Assembly (NCBI GenBank): GCA_015489065.1
Contig: WGAO01000120.1
Coordinates: forward strand, 24,936-88,935
Reading direction: 5' to 3'
Origin: Thermotogaceae bacterium
GTDB taxonomy: Bacteria > Thermotogota > Thermotogae > Thermotogales > Thermotogaceae
DNA length: 64,000 nucleotides
This document shows positions 9,919 through 19,213 of this stretch, one piece after another. The notes under the pieces are model-generated. The model was not told the origin of the DNA. It saw only the letters and a list, made by a program, of their open reading frames with translations, and did not search any database. A program made the translations under genes and the position numbers. Positions within the stretch are counted from its first letter, which is position 1. Each line of letters starts with the position of its first letter.

Positions 9919-11517
9919 TCAGGAGGAGCTCCCTATCCAGAGCTTTATGACATATGCTATATCGGCGGGGTCTTTTCCAAAGGCTCTTTCCAATCTGTCT
10001 GTAAGCTCTTTCATTTCCTTCGATTCTTCTGTCAAAATCTCTTCTTCTACCTCTTCTTCCATCAAAGCCTTCCTGAGTTCTTCCTCAAGTATGGATTTTC
10101 TTTCTTCGATAATCTTCTTTGCCTTCTTCTTCTTTATTTGGAGCATGAGAAGGTAGACTAGCATGAACATTATCACTGTGAGTAGGAGAATTCCGGTTGC
10201 AAAGAGTCTGAATTTTGTTCTCTTCTCCTCCTCCAACTTTGCAGAATAGAGCTCCTTTTCTAAGGATCTATCAAATGGCAAGAAAGCCACCGCCACTTTG
10301 AGATCCGTGACACTCGCGCTTGCTGCGATACCTTTCTCAACGAGGTCTTTTACCTCAGATGCCCATTTTGTGGCCTGCCCTTTTATCACAGAAGATGAAG
10401 CATCCACAACCACAGATATGGACATCTCTTTTATTTCTCCCTCTTCATTTTGAATTATCTTCTCGTAAGTTTCATTCAGCTCATAATTAACAACCTGGCT
10501 GTTTCTCTCGTAGCTTCCGCTGCCTTCACCTGTGATATATTGATATCCAGGTGGTATGTTGCTCTCAGATCCAACTGCACCTCCGCTCGGCGGCATATTA
10601 ACCGCCTTCTCACTCTCCGTCTGTTGGCTTCTTATCAAACCACCTTTTCTATCAGGTTTTTCGTATCTTTTTATTTCTTTCTCTATCTTAGTCCAATTGA
10701 GCTTTATATCCGGTATGACCTCCACTCTTCCCAATCCGAAAACCTTCTCAAGGGTACTTTTAATCTTTTCCCTGTAGTATTTCTCAAGCTCCATCTTGAG
10801 CTCCAATTTACTCGTAGCCATCATCGTGTTCATATCGGCCAAAACCCTATCACTTAAGACTCTCGAATACTGATCGATAACTTTAACATTTTCAAGCTTT
10901 AAACCCTCAACCGCCCCAGCGACTAGCTCCATTATCCCTTTTATCTGTTCTCTTGTAAGCTCCACACCAGGATCTAAGACAACCAAAACTGCTGCTCTTG
11001 GTTCCGTCATGTTACCTCTTACATAATAAGTGTACTTTGGAAGAACAAGGTGAACACGTGCAGCCCTTATACCCCTTATCGTCTTGATACTCCTTTCGAG
11101 CTCTCCCTGAAGCGCTATTTGATACCTGACTTGTTTGTCAAAGCTCGTCGCACCTAATCCACCCTGTTCAATGAGCTCATATCCCTTATCACCTCTCAGA
11201 ACACCGGCTGACGCGAGTTTCATTCTCACTTCGTATACATTGTACTTTACAGGAATGTAAATCCTGTTCCCTGCTCCAACCTTATAGGGAATTCCAAGCT
11301 CTTCTAGTTTACTCGTGACAGCTCCAGCTTCTTCTTCACTCAATCCACCTATTAAAAGTGTATACGGTGGATGAGTAGCAACATAAACTCCTATTATGAC
11401 GGCTATCAATATCGCAACAACAGACCCGCCGATCAAATACTTTTGCGCAGTAGATCGGCTCTTCCACCATTCTTTAAATTTTTTCATATGTTCGCTTAAT
11501 CGGTTCCAAAGATCCAC
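9919..11517 (-). CDS. fliF: Flagellar M-ring protein FliF
   Basis: 532 aa with an N-terminal TM, YscJ/FliF periplasmic domains, a second TM and a charged C-terminus. It lies directly upstream of fliG. Confidence 0.9.
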   Translation of the reverse strand: MDLWNRLSEHMKKFKEWWKSRSTAQKYLIGGSVVAILIAVIIGVYVATHPPYTLLIGGLSEEEAGAVTSKLEELGIPYKVGAGNRIYIPVKYNVYEVRMKLASAGVLRGDKGYELIEQGGLGATSFDKQVRYQIALQGELERSIKTIRGIRAARVHLVLPKYTYYVRGNMTEPRAAVLVVLDPGVELTREQIKGIMELVAGAVEGLKLENVKVIDQYSRVLSDRVLADMNTMMATSKLELKMELEKYYREKIKSTLEKVFGLGRVEVIPDIKLNWTKIEKEIKRYEKPDRKGGLIRSQQTESEKAVNMPPSGGAVGSESNIPPGYQYITGEGSGSYERNSQVVNYELNETYEKIIQNEEGEIKEMSISVVVDASSSVIKGQATKWASEVKDLVEKGIAASASVTDLKVAVAFLPFDRSLEKELYSAKLEEEKRTKFRLFATGILLLTVIMFMLVYLLMLQIKKKKAKKIIEERKSILEEELRKALMEEEVEEEILTEESKEMKELTDRLERAFGKDPADIAYVIKLWIGSSS

Positions 11518-11546
11518 ATTACCACCTCGAAGTTATTTTACCACTG

Positions 11547-12410
11547 TTAAGTTTCCCTATTTTGCAGGGATAAATACCAGAATGCACCTAGAAGCATAGC
11601 CACTGCACTGAAAAGCTGAGCAGCTCTTATATGTCCAAACCACAGGCTATCTGTTCTTAAAGCTTCCGTCATGATTCTCCCCATAGAGTACATAACCATA
11701 TAGAGGGATACTATCTCACCAGGCTTTCTGTAGTGCTTTAGCATATAAGATGTAAGAACCGCAAACACCATAAAATCCCAAACGGATTCGTAAAGGAATG
11801 TTGGATGAAAATACTCATAATTTATGTATTGAACAGGTCTGTGATCTTCCGGTACGAACATTTTCCAAGGGAGATTTGTAGGAACTCCGAAAGCCTCGTA
11901 GTTGAAAAAGTTTCCCCACCTTCCTATTCCTTGGCCAAGTGGAAATAACCAGCTCATAACATCCAAACCTTCCAAGAAGGAGAAAGACACATCTTTCTTA
12001 AACTTTGTGTAAAGCCACACTGCAAGTATTGCCCCCAAAAAACCACCGTGTATCGCTATCCCACCATGCCATATCTTGGGTATCTCTGAGGGATGATCTC
12101 TGAAATAATTCCACTCAAACACCACATAGTAGATCCTGGCACATATTATCCCAAGTACCACACCCCAAAGGAGTGCCTCATCCAGATGTTCGATATTCCA
12201 ACCTTTCCTTTTGAAAAACCACCGTGCGAGAAAATAATCTATCAATATTCCAAGGGTTATCAGTGTTGAATACCACCTGAGCTCAAAACGCTTAAACTTG
12301 AAGATATATCTGCTCACTATAAGCTTCCCAGAGAAAACATTAGCAAGGAATATCCAGATCAAGATTACCGCTACAACCAGTAGTACTATCCAGACCCACT
12401 TTTTCCCCAT
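11547..12410 (-). CDS. lgt: Prolipoprotein diacylglyceryl transferase
   Basis: 287 aa polytopic protein with Lgt-type motifs (HGGIAIHGGFLG..., GRWGNFFNYEAFG). Confidence 0.9.
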   Translation of the reverse strand: MGKKWVWIVLLVVAVILIWIFLANVFSGKLIVSRYIFKFKRFELRWYSTLITLGILIDYFLARWFFKRKGWNIEHLDEALLWGVVLGIICARIYYVVFEWNYFRDHPSEIPKIWHGGIAIHGGFLGAILAVWLYTKFKKDVSFSFLEGLDVMSWLFPLGQGIGRWGNFFNYEAFGVPTNLPWKMFVPEDHRPVQYINYEYFHPTFLYESVWDFMVFAVLTSYMLKHYRKPGEIVSLYMVMYSMGRIMTEALRTDSLWFGHIRAAQLFSAVAMLLGAFWYLSLQNRET

Positions 12411-12625
12411 ATTTTCACCACCACATTTTTTGGACTTAGAGAAGATAGTACCACATGCCCGCTGTCCATCAATATGACAGATCTTGTTCTCTTTCCATAA
12501 GAGAGATCTAGAATCTTCCCCTCAAAATCAGCCGCCTCCCTGATTTTCTTCACTATGGAAGCTTCCACAGGGAGGACGGCTATAATTCTCTCTATTGGAA
12601 GGTGAAATTTCCCAAAGCTATTCAC
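12386..12625 (-). CDS. RemA-like DUF370 protein (small DNA-binding regulator family)
   Basis: 79 aa. The stretch RIIAVLPVEASIVKKIREAA..GKILDLSYGKRTRSVILMDSGHVVLSSLSP aligns by eye with B. subtilis RemA/YlzA. Confidence 0.75.
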   Translation of the reverse strand: MNSFGKFHLPIERIIAVLPVEASIVKKIREAADFEGKILDLSYGKRTRSVILMDSGHVVLSSLSPKNVVVKIWGKSGSG

Positions 12626-14874
12626 AATCTGAGGAGAACCTCCTCCGGTGTTATTGGAAGACGGTTCATTGGAATTCCAAGGGCGTCGGATACGGCATTT
12701 GCTATAGACGGAGGACTGCTCATCAAAGATGGCTCTCCTAATCCTTTCGCTCCGAACGGCCCCTTTGAGAACGGCGACTCAACAAATTTCACATGGACTT
12801 TTGGTATATCTCTTATGGATGGAACAATGTAATTGTTGAAGTTCGTAACGATCATTCTCCCTTTCTCATCGTGTTTTATCTCCTCGGATATAGCGTATCC
12901 CATACCTTGAACGACTCCACCTTCAACTTGTCCTTCCGCACCTACGGGATTGAGAACTTTTCCTATATCATGACTAACCCAAGCTTCCTTCAGCTCTACC
13001 CTTCCTGTGAGGAGATCGACTTCCACAAGTGATAGCTGCGTGGAGAATGTATACGACACATAAGCCTCACCAGTTCCAGTCTCAAAATCGTATTTCAATC
13101 TAGGAGTACTGAACCATCCCATTTCAGCCAATTTCACATTGGCTGCGTTTGCTTCTCTTGCAATCTCAGAGAATGGAATCTCCTTTCCGTCAACTATCCA
13201 ATAACCGTTTTCCACCTTTATATCTTCCGCACCACTGGATTTCAGATAATCGATAATGTTATCTCTTATCCTTTCAGCTGCTATCCTCACAGCGTTTCCA
13301 GAAAAGACTGTCGTCCTTGAAGCAACTGTCGGTCCACTATCCTGAACTATTGAGGTGTTAGGCTGCATCACTCGAACATTTTCCACATCTACCCCAAGGA
13401 TTTCTGAAACAATCAGAGCCATAACAGTCTTAGCACCTTGCCCCATCTCCGTTCCGCCGATCATCACAAGGACAGATCCGTCCATTTTCACATGAACCTC
13501 TCCAGAAGAAGCATCGAGAAACTGACCAGCTGCTCCAAGAGAAACCCCGTATATTATGTGCGACCATCCGAGCCCCCGTTTTTTGTATTTATTTCCCTCG
13601 TTGAATTTCTTCACTTCTTCTTTAAGGTTATCGTAATCTGATATCTCTTTGACTATTTCCAGAGTTTCTTTCGCTCCGACAGATTCCTCAAGAAGATGTC
13701 CTGTGGCAGTTTCTTTCCCTATTTCCAAAGCATTTTTATACCTTATCTCCCACGGATCAATTCCGAGTTTTTTTGCGGCTTCGTCCATGATCCTCTCCAT
13801 TGCAAAGAGAACCTGAGGAGATCCAAATCCCCTAAAAGCCCCTGTTGGAACCTTGTTTGTGTATACTCCGTAGACATCCACAAAGACATTTTTGACATCA
13901 TATGCACTCGCAGCGTGTGTTACAGATCTGTACATTACTATTGGAGTGAGAGTTGAGTAAGCTCCCATGTCCAGATAAACAGTGGCTTTGACAGCTTTGA
14001 GTTTTCCGTCTTTCGTAAATCCAACTTTGTAATGGGATTTTGACGGATGCCTTTTGCTGGTCTCCCTGAAATCCATATCCCTGCTATAGATGAGCTTTAC
14101 TGGTCTTTTGGTCAAGTAAGAAAGAAGAGCAGCTTTCACGGCTATGTATGATGGAACATCCTCCTTTCCTCCAAAACCTCCACCTGTTTCCATCTGAACC
14201 ACCGTGACTTTGTTGAGAGGAAGCTTTAAGACCTCTGCAACATCGTTGTGAACATAAAAAGGACACTGCATAGATCCGTATACTGTAAGAGTATTTCCAT
14301 CCCACCATGCGACTACAGACTGCGGTTCAAGGTAAGCATGTTCTTGGTAACCAGTTTCAAAATCCATCTCAATGACAAGATCACTTTCTTCAAACGCTTT
14401 TTCTATGTCACCCCTTCTTATCTTCCTATGAAATGCTGCATTTCTCTCACCGTTAACTATAGGATCATCTTTCAAAGCCTCGTCGATAGTAAGGACAGGT
14501 TTGAGCTCTTCCACCTCAAATTCAACAAGCTCAGCGGCTTCTTCGGCAGCCTCTTTTGTCTCAGCAGCTATAAGAGCTATAGGGTCGGCTTCAAAACGTA
14601 TCTTCCCTCCGACTGGAACGAGCACATGCATATCTTTTGTCACTATACCCATCTCGTTGTTTGGAACATCTTTATAGGTAGCTATCTTTACGACACCCTC
14701 GACTTCTTTTGCTTTCTCCACGTTAAGCGACCTCAAAATCCCATGCGCTACTCCAGGATAAACTACAGAGGCGTAGAGCATCTTTGGAAAGTTCATATCG
14801 TTTGTAAACTTTGCCTTTCCAAACGCTTTCTCAATTGCGTCTATTCTCCTGACTTTCTTGCCTATTGCCCTCAT
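12622..14874 (-). CDS. Molybdopterin-binding large subunit of the xanthine dehydrogenase/aldehyde oxidase family
   Basis: 750 aa. It starts with the a/b-hammerhead domain, followed by Mo-cofactor-binding domains (GGGFGGKE, ...FRGFGSPQ..., GQGAKT). No Fe-S domain is present. Confidence 0.85.
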   Translation of the reverse strand: MRAIGKKVRRIDAIEKAFGKAKFTNDMNFPKMLYASVVYPGVAHGILRSLNVEKAKEVEGVVKIATYKDVPNNEMGIVTKDMHVLVPVGGKIRFEADPIALIAAETKEAAEEAAELVEFEVEELKPVLTIDEALKDDPIVNGERNAAFHRKIRRGDIEKAFEESDLVIEMDFETGYQEHAYLEPQSVVAWWDGNTLTVYGSMQCPFYVHNDVAEVLKLPLNKVTVVQMETGGGFGGKEDVPSYIAVKAALLSYLTKRPVKLIYSRDMDFRETSKRHPSKSHYKVGFTKDGKLKAVKATVYLDMGAYSTLTPIVMYRSVTHAASAYDVKNVFVDVYGVYTNKVPTGAFRGFGSPQVLFAMERIMDEAAKKLGIDPWEIRYKNALEIGKETATGHLLEESVGAKETLEIVKEISDYDNLKEEVKKFNEGNKYKKRGLGWSHIIYGVSLGAAGQFLDASSGEVHVKMDGSVLVMIGGTEMGQGAKTVMALIVSEILGVDVENVRVMQPNTSIVQDSGPTVASRTTVFSGNAVRIAAERIRDNIIDYLKSSGAEDIKVENGYWIVDGKEIPFSEIAREANAANVKLAEMGWFSTPRLKYDFETGTGEAYVSYTFSTQLSLVEVDLLTGRVELKEAWVSHDIGKVLNPVGAEGQVEGGVVQGMGYAISEEIKHDEKGRMIVTNFNNYIVPSIRDIPKVHVKFVESPFSKGPFGAKGLGEPSLMSSPPSIANAVSDALGIPMNRLPITPEEVLLRL

Positions 14875-14886
14875 TTCATCACCCCT

Positions 14887-17073
14887 TTAGAAGAGATGGT
14901 ATTTTGCAAAGAGTGACGCCATAAGTATCGAAACTATGGACATGATCTTTATAAGTATATTTATAGACGGACCTGCTGCGTCTTTCAAAGGATCTCCAAC
15001 TGTGTCTCCAACTACGAGTGCTTTATGCTCATCTCCACCTTTCGTACCACATTCAAGTTTACCACTTTCAAGGAGTTTCTTGGCGTTGTCCCATGCACCT
15101 CCAGCATTTGCCATGGTTATAGCAACAAGAGACCCACTGACAACGGTTCCTATGAGAAGCCCTCCGACGAATTCAGGACCGAAGAGAAATCCAACGATTA
15201 TAGGTGTAAAGAGAGCTAGAAAGCTTGGAAGCTTCATCTCTTTCAATGCCTGTCTGTTGCTTATAGCTATACACCTGTTGTAATCAGGTTTTGCCTTACC
15301 CTCTTTTATACCGGGAATCTCCTTGAATTGCCTTCTTACTTCGTCTATGAGAGCTTTAGCGGCTTCTGTAACGGAATCAGTTATCATAGCTGCGAACAAA
15401 TATGGAAGAGCCCCTCCTATCAAAGCTCCACTGATAGTTTTTGCATCCGTAAGGAAGAGCCTGGTCTTTTCACCCAAAAGATGTAGAAGGTTCGCTCCAG
15501 CCATTTGTCCCATTTCACTTATAGCTTCTGCACTGAGCTGTGAGAATATGTAAGAAGCAAACAAGGAAAGAGCTGCTAATACTGCTGAACCTATTGCAAA
15601 CCCTTTCCCTATAGCTGCTGTAGTGTTTCCCACAGCATCCAATTTATCTGTAATTTTTCTAACACCTTCATCTAGTCCCGCCATCTCGCTTATTCCACCG
15701 GCGTTATCAGCAATTGGACCATAACTGTCAACTGACACGGAAGCCGCAACGAATGAAAGCATGCCAAGCGCGGCTATCGCTATTCCGTAAAGCCCAGCTA
15801 TGTGGCTTGCAAGCAGAATACCGATCACTATCGTAGCTATCGGCAAGAATGTGCTTCTCATGCCGAGTGATATCCCGCTCGTCATTACGAGCCCAACTCC
15901 ACTCTTGGATTTAAGGCACAAGCTCTTTGTCGGTTTGTACTTATCACTCGTATAGTACTCAGCCCAATATCCTATGAGCATTCCGACTATTATCCCTACT
16001 ATCATCGCACCCCAAGGTGAATACCAACCATATTTGAATCCAACTACTTCTAAATTATGAAACTTTCCAAATAGCAAATAGCTCAGAAGCGTTCCGGATA
16101 AAAGTGTTATTATCGCCGATGTCCAAAGGCCAATATCCAGATCGTGTTGGGGTTCATCAGATCCTTTTTTCATCAAGACGAAAGATATACCTATCATGGA
16201 TGAAACGAGTCCAACTGCAGCAAGGCTGAGCGGGAATATGATCATGTTCTTCATCAAAGTATGGTCAACTCTGTTGTAGTATATGGCAAACATATAAGTA
16301 GCCAAAACCATTGATGCAACTATCGAACCGACGAAAGATTCCAAAAGGTCCGAACCAAGACCTGCTATATCTCCAACATTGTCTCCAACATTATCAGCGA
16401 TTGTCGCAGGATTTCTAGGATCATCTTCTGGGAGTCCTACTTCCGTCTTTCCAACAAGATCAGCTGCCATATCAGCAGCTTTTGTGTATATCCCCCCGCC
16501 AACTCTGTTGAACATGGCAACAAGAGAGCTTCCAAGTGCATATCCAGATATACTCATTGTGAACGGTATATAATTTATACCAAGCCAATTTGTAACAACC
16601 TTTATATTAACAACCTGTCCAAACATCTTCCCGAATATCAAATAGACTACTCCTAGCCCCAGGACAGCGAGTCCTGCGACCGATAAACCCATAACTGTTC
16701 CCCCAGCGTAGGCGACCTTCAGGGCATCTGAAACATTCCTAGTCTTTCTGGCCACATTTGCAACTCTCACATTTGAAGTGGTCGCGGCTCTCATACCGAT
16801 GTATCCAGCGAGCATGCTCATAATAGCTCCGAATATGAACGAAATCCCCACATACCACTCGGTCACTACAGCCAACACCACGGCGACCACCACAGCTGTT
16901 CTAAAAACAGCCTTAGCCTCGTCTGCCAAGAAAGTTTTTGCTCCTTCTCTTATGAAGGAAGCGATCTCAGACATCTCCTTCGTACCTTCATCCTTCTTCT
17001 TGACAGAGATATAGTTGGAAAGTGCGTACAAAAGCGCAGCAACAGATGTTGCAAGTATCCACCATATATGCAC
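14887..17073 (-). CDS. hppA: Membrane-integral cation-pumping pyrophosphatase, K+-dependent type
   Basis: 728 aa with about 16 TM helices and the motifs DNVGDNVGD and GNTTAAIGKGFAIGSA. Ala in GNTTAA is the K+-dependent signature. GTG start with RBS GGGAGGGG. Confidence 0.93.
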   Translation of the reverse strand: MHIWWILATSVAALLYALSNYISVKKKDEGTKEMSEIASFIREGAKTFLADEAKAVFRTAVVVAVVLAVVTEWYVGISFIFGAIMSMLAGYIGMRAATTSNVRVANVARKTRNVSDALKVAYAGGTVMGLSVAGLAVLGLGVVYLIFGKMFGQVVNIKVVTNWLGINYIPFTMSISGYALGSSLVAMFNRVGGGIYTKAADMAADLVGKTEVGLPEDDPRNPATIADNVGDNVGDIAGLGSDLLESFVGSIVASMVLATYMFAIYYNRVDHTLMKNMIIFPLSLAAVGLVSSMIGISFVLMKKGSDEPQHDLDIGLWTSAIITLLSGTLLSYLLFGKFHNLEVVGFKYGWYSPWGAMIVGIIVGMLIGYWAEYYTSDKYKPTKSLCLKSKSGVGLVMTSGISLGMRSTFLPIATIVIGILLASHIAGLYGIAIAALGMLSFVAASVSVDSYGPIADNAGGISEMAGLDEGVRKITDKLDAVGNTTAAIGKGFAIGSAVLAALSLFASYIFSQLSAEAISEMGQMAGANLLHLLGEKTRLFLTDAKTISGALIGGALPYLFAAMITDSVTEAAKALIDEVRRQFKEIPGIKEGKAKPDYNRCIAISNRQALKEMKLPSFLALFTPIIVGFLFGPEFVGGLLIGTVVSGSLVAITMANAGGAWDNAKKLLESGKLECGTKGGDEHKALVVGDTVGDPLKDAAGPSINILIKIMSIVSILMASLFAKYHLF

Positions 17074-17359
17074 GGCTCTCCCCTCCCGGAGATTTTTGCG
17101 GTTGAATTATATCGAAAAGTAGTTGGGAAAAGAAAAATTCCCAAAGAGATGGGCAAATTATAAAGAGAATGATGACATTTTGCAACAAGATAGATCCAAA
17201 ATCCAGTGATAAAACAAAAGCTGTGCTTTGAAAGTTATACCATGGCCTTGGATATTAATGGTTTTTCGATAAACCTTGAGTAAAATCCAATGTGCTCTTG
17301 AGCGTGATATGCATTTTGAGATAGATTTTTCCCTTTGACTGTTTTTTCATCAAGTAATT

Positions 17360-17388
17360 TTGCAACACAGGATGTTTTCCATTAAAAT
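17360..17388 (+). promoter_or_regulatory. Candidate sigma70-type promoter TTGCAA-17 nt-TAAAAT for the 17.4-24.3 kb cluster
   Basis: TTGCAA at 17360-17365, a 17-nt spacer, and TAAAAT at 17383-17388. The RBS GGAGGTGA at 17399-17406 and a TTG start at 17411 follow. Confidence 0.4.
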
Positions 17389-17410
17389 CATCTTCGCAGG
17401 AGGTGAATCA

Positions 17411-19213
17411 TTGCAGGCTGTTATATTGGCTGCCGGAATGGGGAAAAGACTCGGCAAGTACACAAAAGAAGTGACAAAGGGTATGGTCAGGGTTGTTGGA
17501 AAAACTTTATTAGAACATGCTTTAGACTCCTTGGTTGAAAAAGTCGACAGAGTCATATTGGTCGTTGGATACAAAGCCGAAAAGGTGAAGGAATTTCTCG
17601 GAAACTCTTACAAGGGATTAACGATATCTTATATAGACAACCCGCATTATGAAACCACAAACAACATATACTCACTATGGCTTGCGGCTGAGGAGATGAA
17701 AAAAGACGACACACTGCTCCTTGAAAGTGATGTGATTTTCGAAAGAGAAGTCATAGAACGCCTGGTTAAAACTGATGGTGAAGCGGTTGCCGTGATTCAC
17801 AAATTTGAAGACTGGATGGATGGTACCGTGGTTATCCTGGATGACTACGGGAACATAGCGTCTTTTCTGGATAAGTCTGCCATAGTTTGGGAAAACTCCG
17901 CAAATTATTACAAAACAGTTAACATTTACAAATTCTCCAAGGAATTCTTTTCAAAATACTATTTCCCATTTTTAAAGGCATATGTGGAATCGAACGGCTA
18001 CTCTTCTTACTACGAGGTAGTTCTTTCACTCATAGCCGGATTGAAAAATATAAAAATAAAACCTCTGATAATAGATGGATTGAAATGGTACGAGATAGAC
18101 ACACCAGAGGATCTGTGGTCCGCAAATGTCATATTCTCCGATTTGGACGAGAAATATGAGCTTCTAAAAAAATCGTATGGTGGGTACTGGAGATTTCCAA
18201 GTCTTAAAGACTTTTGCTATCTCGTAAATCCGTACTTTCCAAGTGAAAGCTTTTTATCTCGCATGAAAAAGATTTTTGAAAACCTGATAACTTCATACCC
18301 ATCCGGAAGAGAAAGAATAAAGCATCTCCTTTCGGAGATGTTTGGCGTTAGCCACGAGATGATCACAGCCGGTAACGGTGCCTCTGAAATCATCAAAGTT
18401 CTCTCAGAAGTGATTAAAGGAAGTTTCGGAATGATGATACCAACCTTTGAAGAATATCCAAACAGAATAAAGAACATCATCACTAGGAAACCAGAAAACG
18501 ATGGATTCAGATACTCTGAGAAGGATGTCATAGAGTTTTTCGAGGATGTCGACAACATCGTTCTTATCAATCCAGACAATCCAAGTGGAAACTTCATAAA
18601 CAGAGAAGGCATTCTAAATATTCTTGACAGCATTTCAGGATCAGAAAAGAATTTGATTCTCGATGAATCTTTTGTGGATTTCGCAAATCCTGATAAACGC
18701 TTCACTATGATAGTTGAGGATGTTCTGATGAAATACCCTAACTTGATTGTCGTGAAAAGTATAAGTAAAAGCTATGGTGTTCCTGGGATAAGACTCGGTG
18801 TAGTAGCTACTTCCAATGCAAACCTCCTGAGAAAGGTAGAAGAGAACATGCCAATATGGAACATAAACTCGTTTGCAGAATATTTTCTCCAAAAGATGGA
18901 GCCCTACAAAGATGAATACAAACTAGCTTGTGATCTTATATCTAAAGAGAGAGAATTTCTGATAAACGAATTGTCCAAGGTAGAAGGGATAAGAGTTTAT
19001 CCATCCCAAGCGAACTTCGTTTTATGTAGAGTAGAAAACTCTCAAGAAATAGCTCTGAAACTCTTGGCCAATGACATATTTATAAAGGACTGCTACGGAA
19101 AGTTGGGAATAGATAAGCCCAAGTACATTAGACTCTCTATTAGAAACAGAGAAGATAATAAAAAGCTGATTGAATCTATAAAAAGCGTACTGGAGGGCAA
19201 AGATGAAGTTTAA
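17411..19213 (+). CDS. Bifunctional fusion: LicC-like sugar/alcohol-phosphate nucleotidyl(cytidylyl)transferase plus class I/II PLP enzyme (HisC/CobD-like aminotransferase or decarboxylase)
   Basis: The N-terminus has AVILAAGMGKRLG...TNNIYSLWLA (NTP-transferase fold). The C-terminus has NPDNPSG and the PLP-lysine motif KSISKSYGVPGIRLG. The probable start is TTG 17411 behind GGAGGTGA; the ORF track starts at ATG 17360. Confidence 0.8.
   Translation: MQAVILAAGMGKRLGKYTKEVTKGMVRVVGKTLLEHALDSLVEKVDRVILVVGYKAEKVKEFLGNSYKGLTISYIDNPHYETTNNIYSLWLAAEEMKKDDTLLLESDVIFEREVIERLVKTDGEAVAVIHKFEDWMDGTVVILDDYGNIASFLDKSAIVWENSANYYKTVNIYKFSKEFFSKYYFPFLKAYVESNGYSSYYEVVLSLIAGLKNIKIKPLIIDGLKWYEIDTPEDLWSANVIFSDLDEKYELLKKSYGGYWRFPSLKDFCYLVNPYFPSESFLSRMKKIFENLITSYPSGRERIKHLLSEMFGVSHEMITAGNGASEIIKVLSEVIKGSFGMMIPTFEEYPNRIKNIITRKPENDGFRYSEKDVIEFFEDVDNIVLINPDNPSGNFINREGILNILDSISGSEKNLILDESFVDFANPDKRFTMIVEDVLMKYPNLIVVKSISKSYGVPGIRLGVVATSNANLLRKVEENMPIWNINSFAEYFLQKMEPYKDEYKLACDLISKEREFLINELSKVEGIRVYPSQANFVLCRVENSQEIALKLLANDIFIKDCYGKLGIDKPKYIRLSIRNREDNKKLIESIKSVLEGKDEV

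Noticed and set aside
14248-14916. Long antisense ORFs inside well-supported genes. Examples are 14248..14916 (222 aa) opposite the Mo-hydroxylase gene, 44124..44750 (208 aa) opposite the MCP gene, 41866..42432 (188 aa), 59755..60300 (181 aa), 45047..45556, 18217..18705 and 206..655.
   Set aside because: Each lies entirely within a gene on the other strand whose product has clear family motifs. Their translations are low-complexity (Ser/Leu/Phe-rich) with no recognisable motifs or RBS. They are typical shadow ORFs.
17411-19213. Interpreting the fusion as a phosphonate-tailoring cytidylyltransferase/AEP-transaminase (PntC-type) enzyme.
   Set aside because: No PEP mutase or phosphonopyruvate decarboxylase is present in the window. 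The PLP domain also looks class I/II (HisC/CobD-like) rather than the AEP-transaminase type. This cannot be excluded without whole-genome data.
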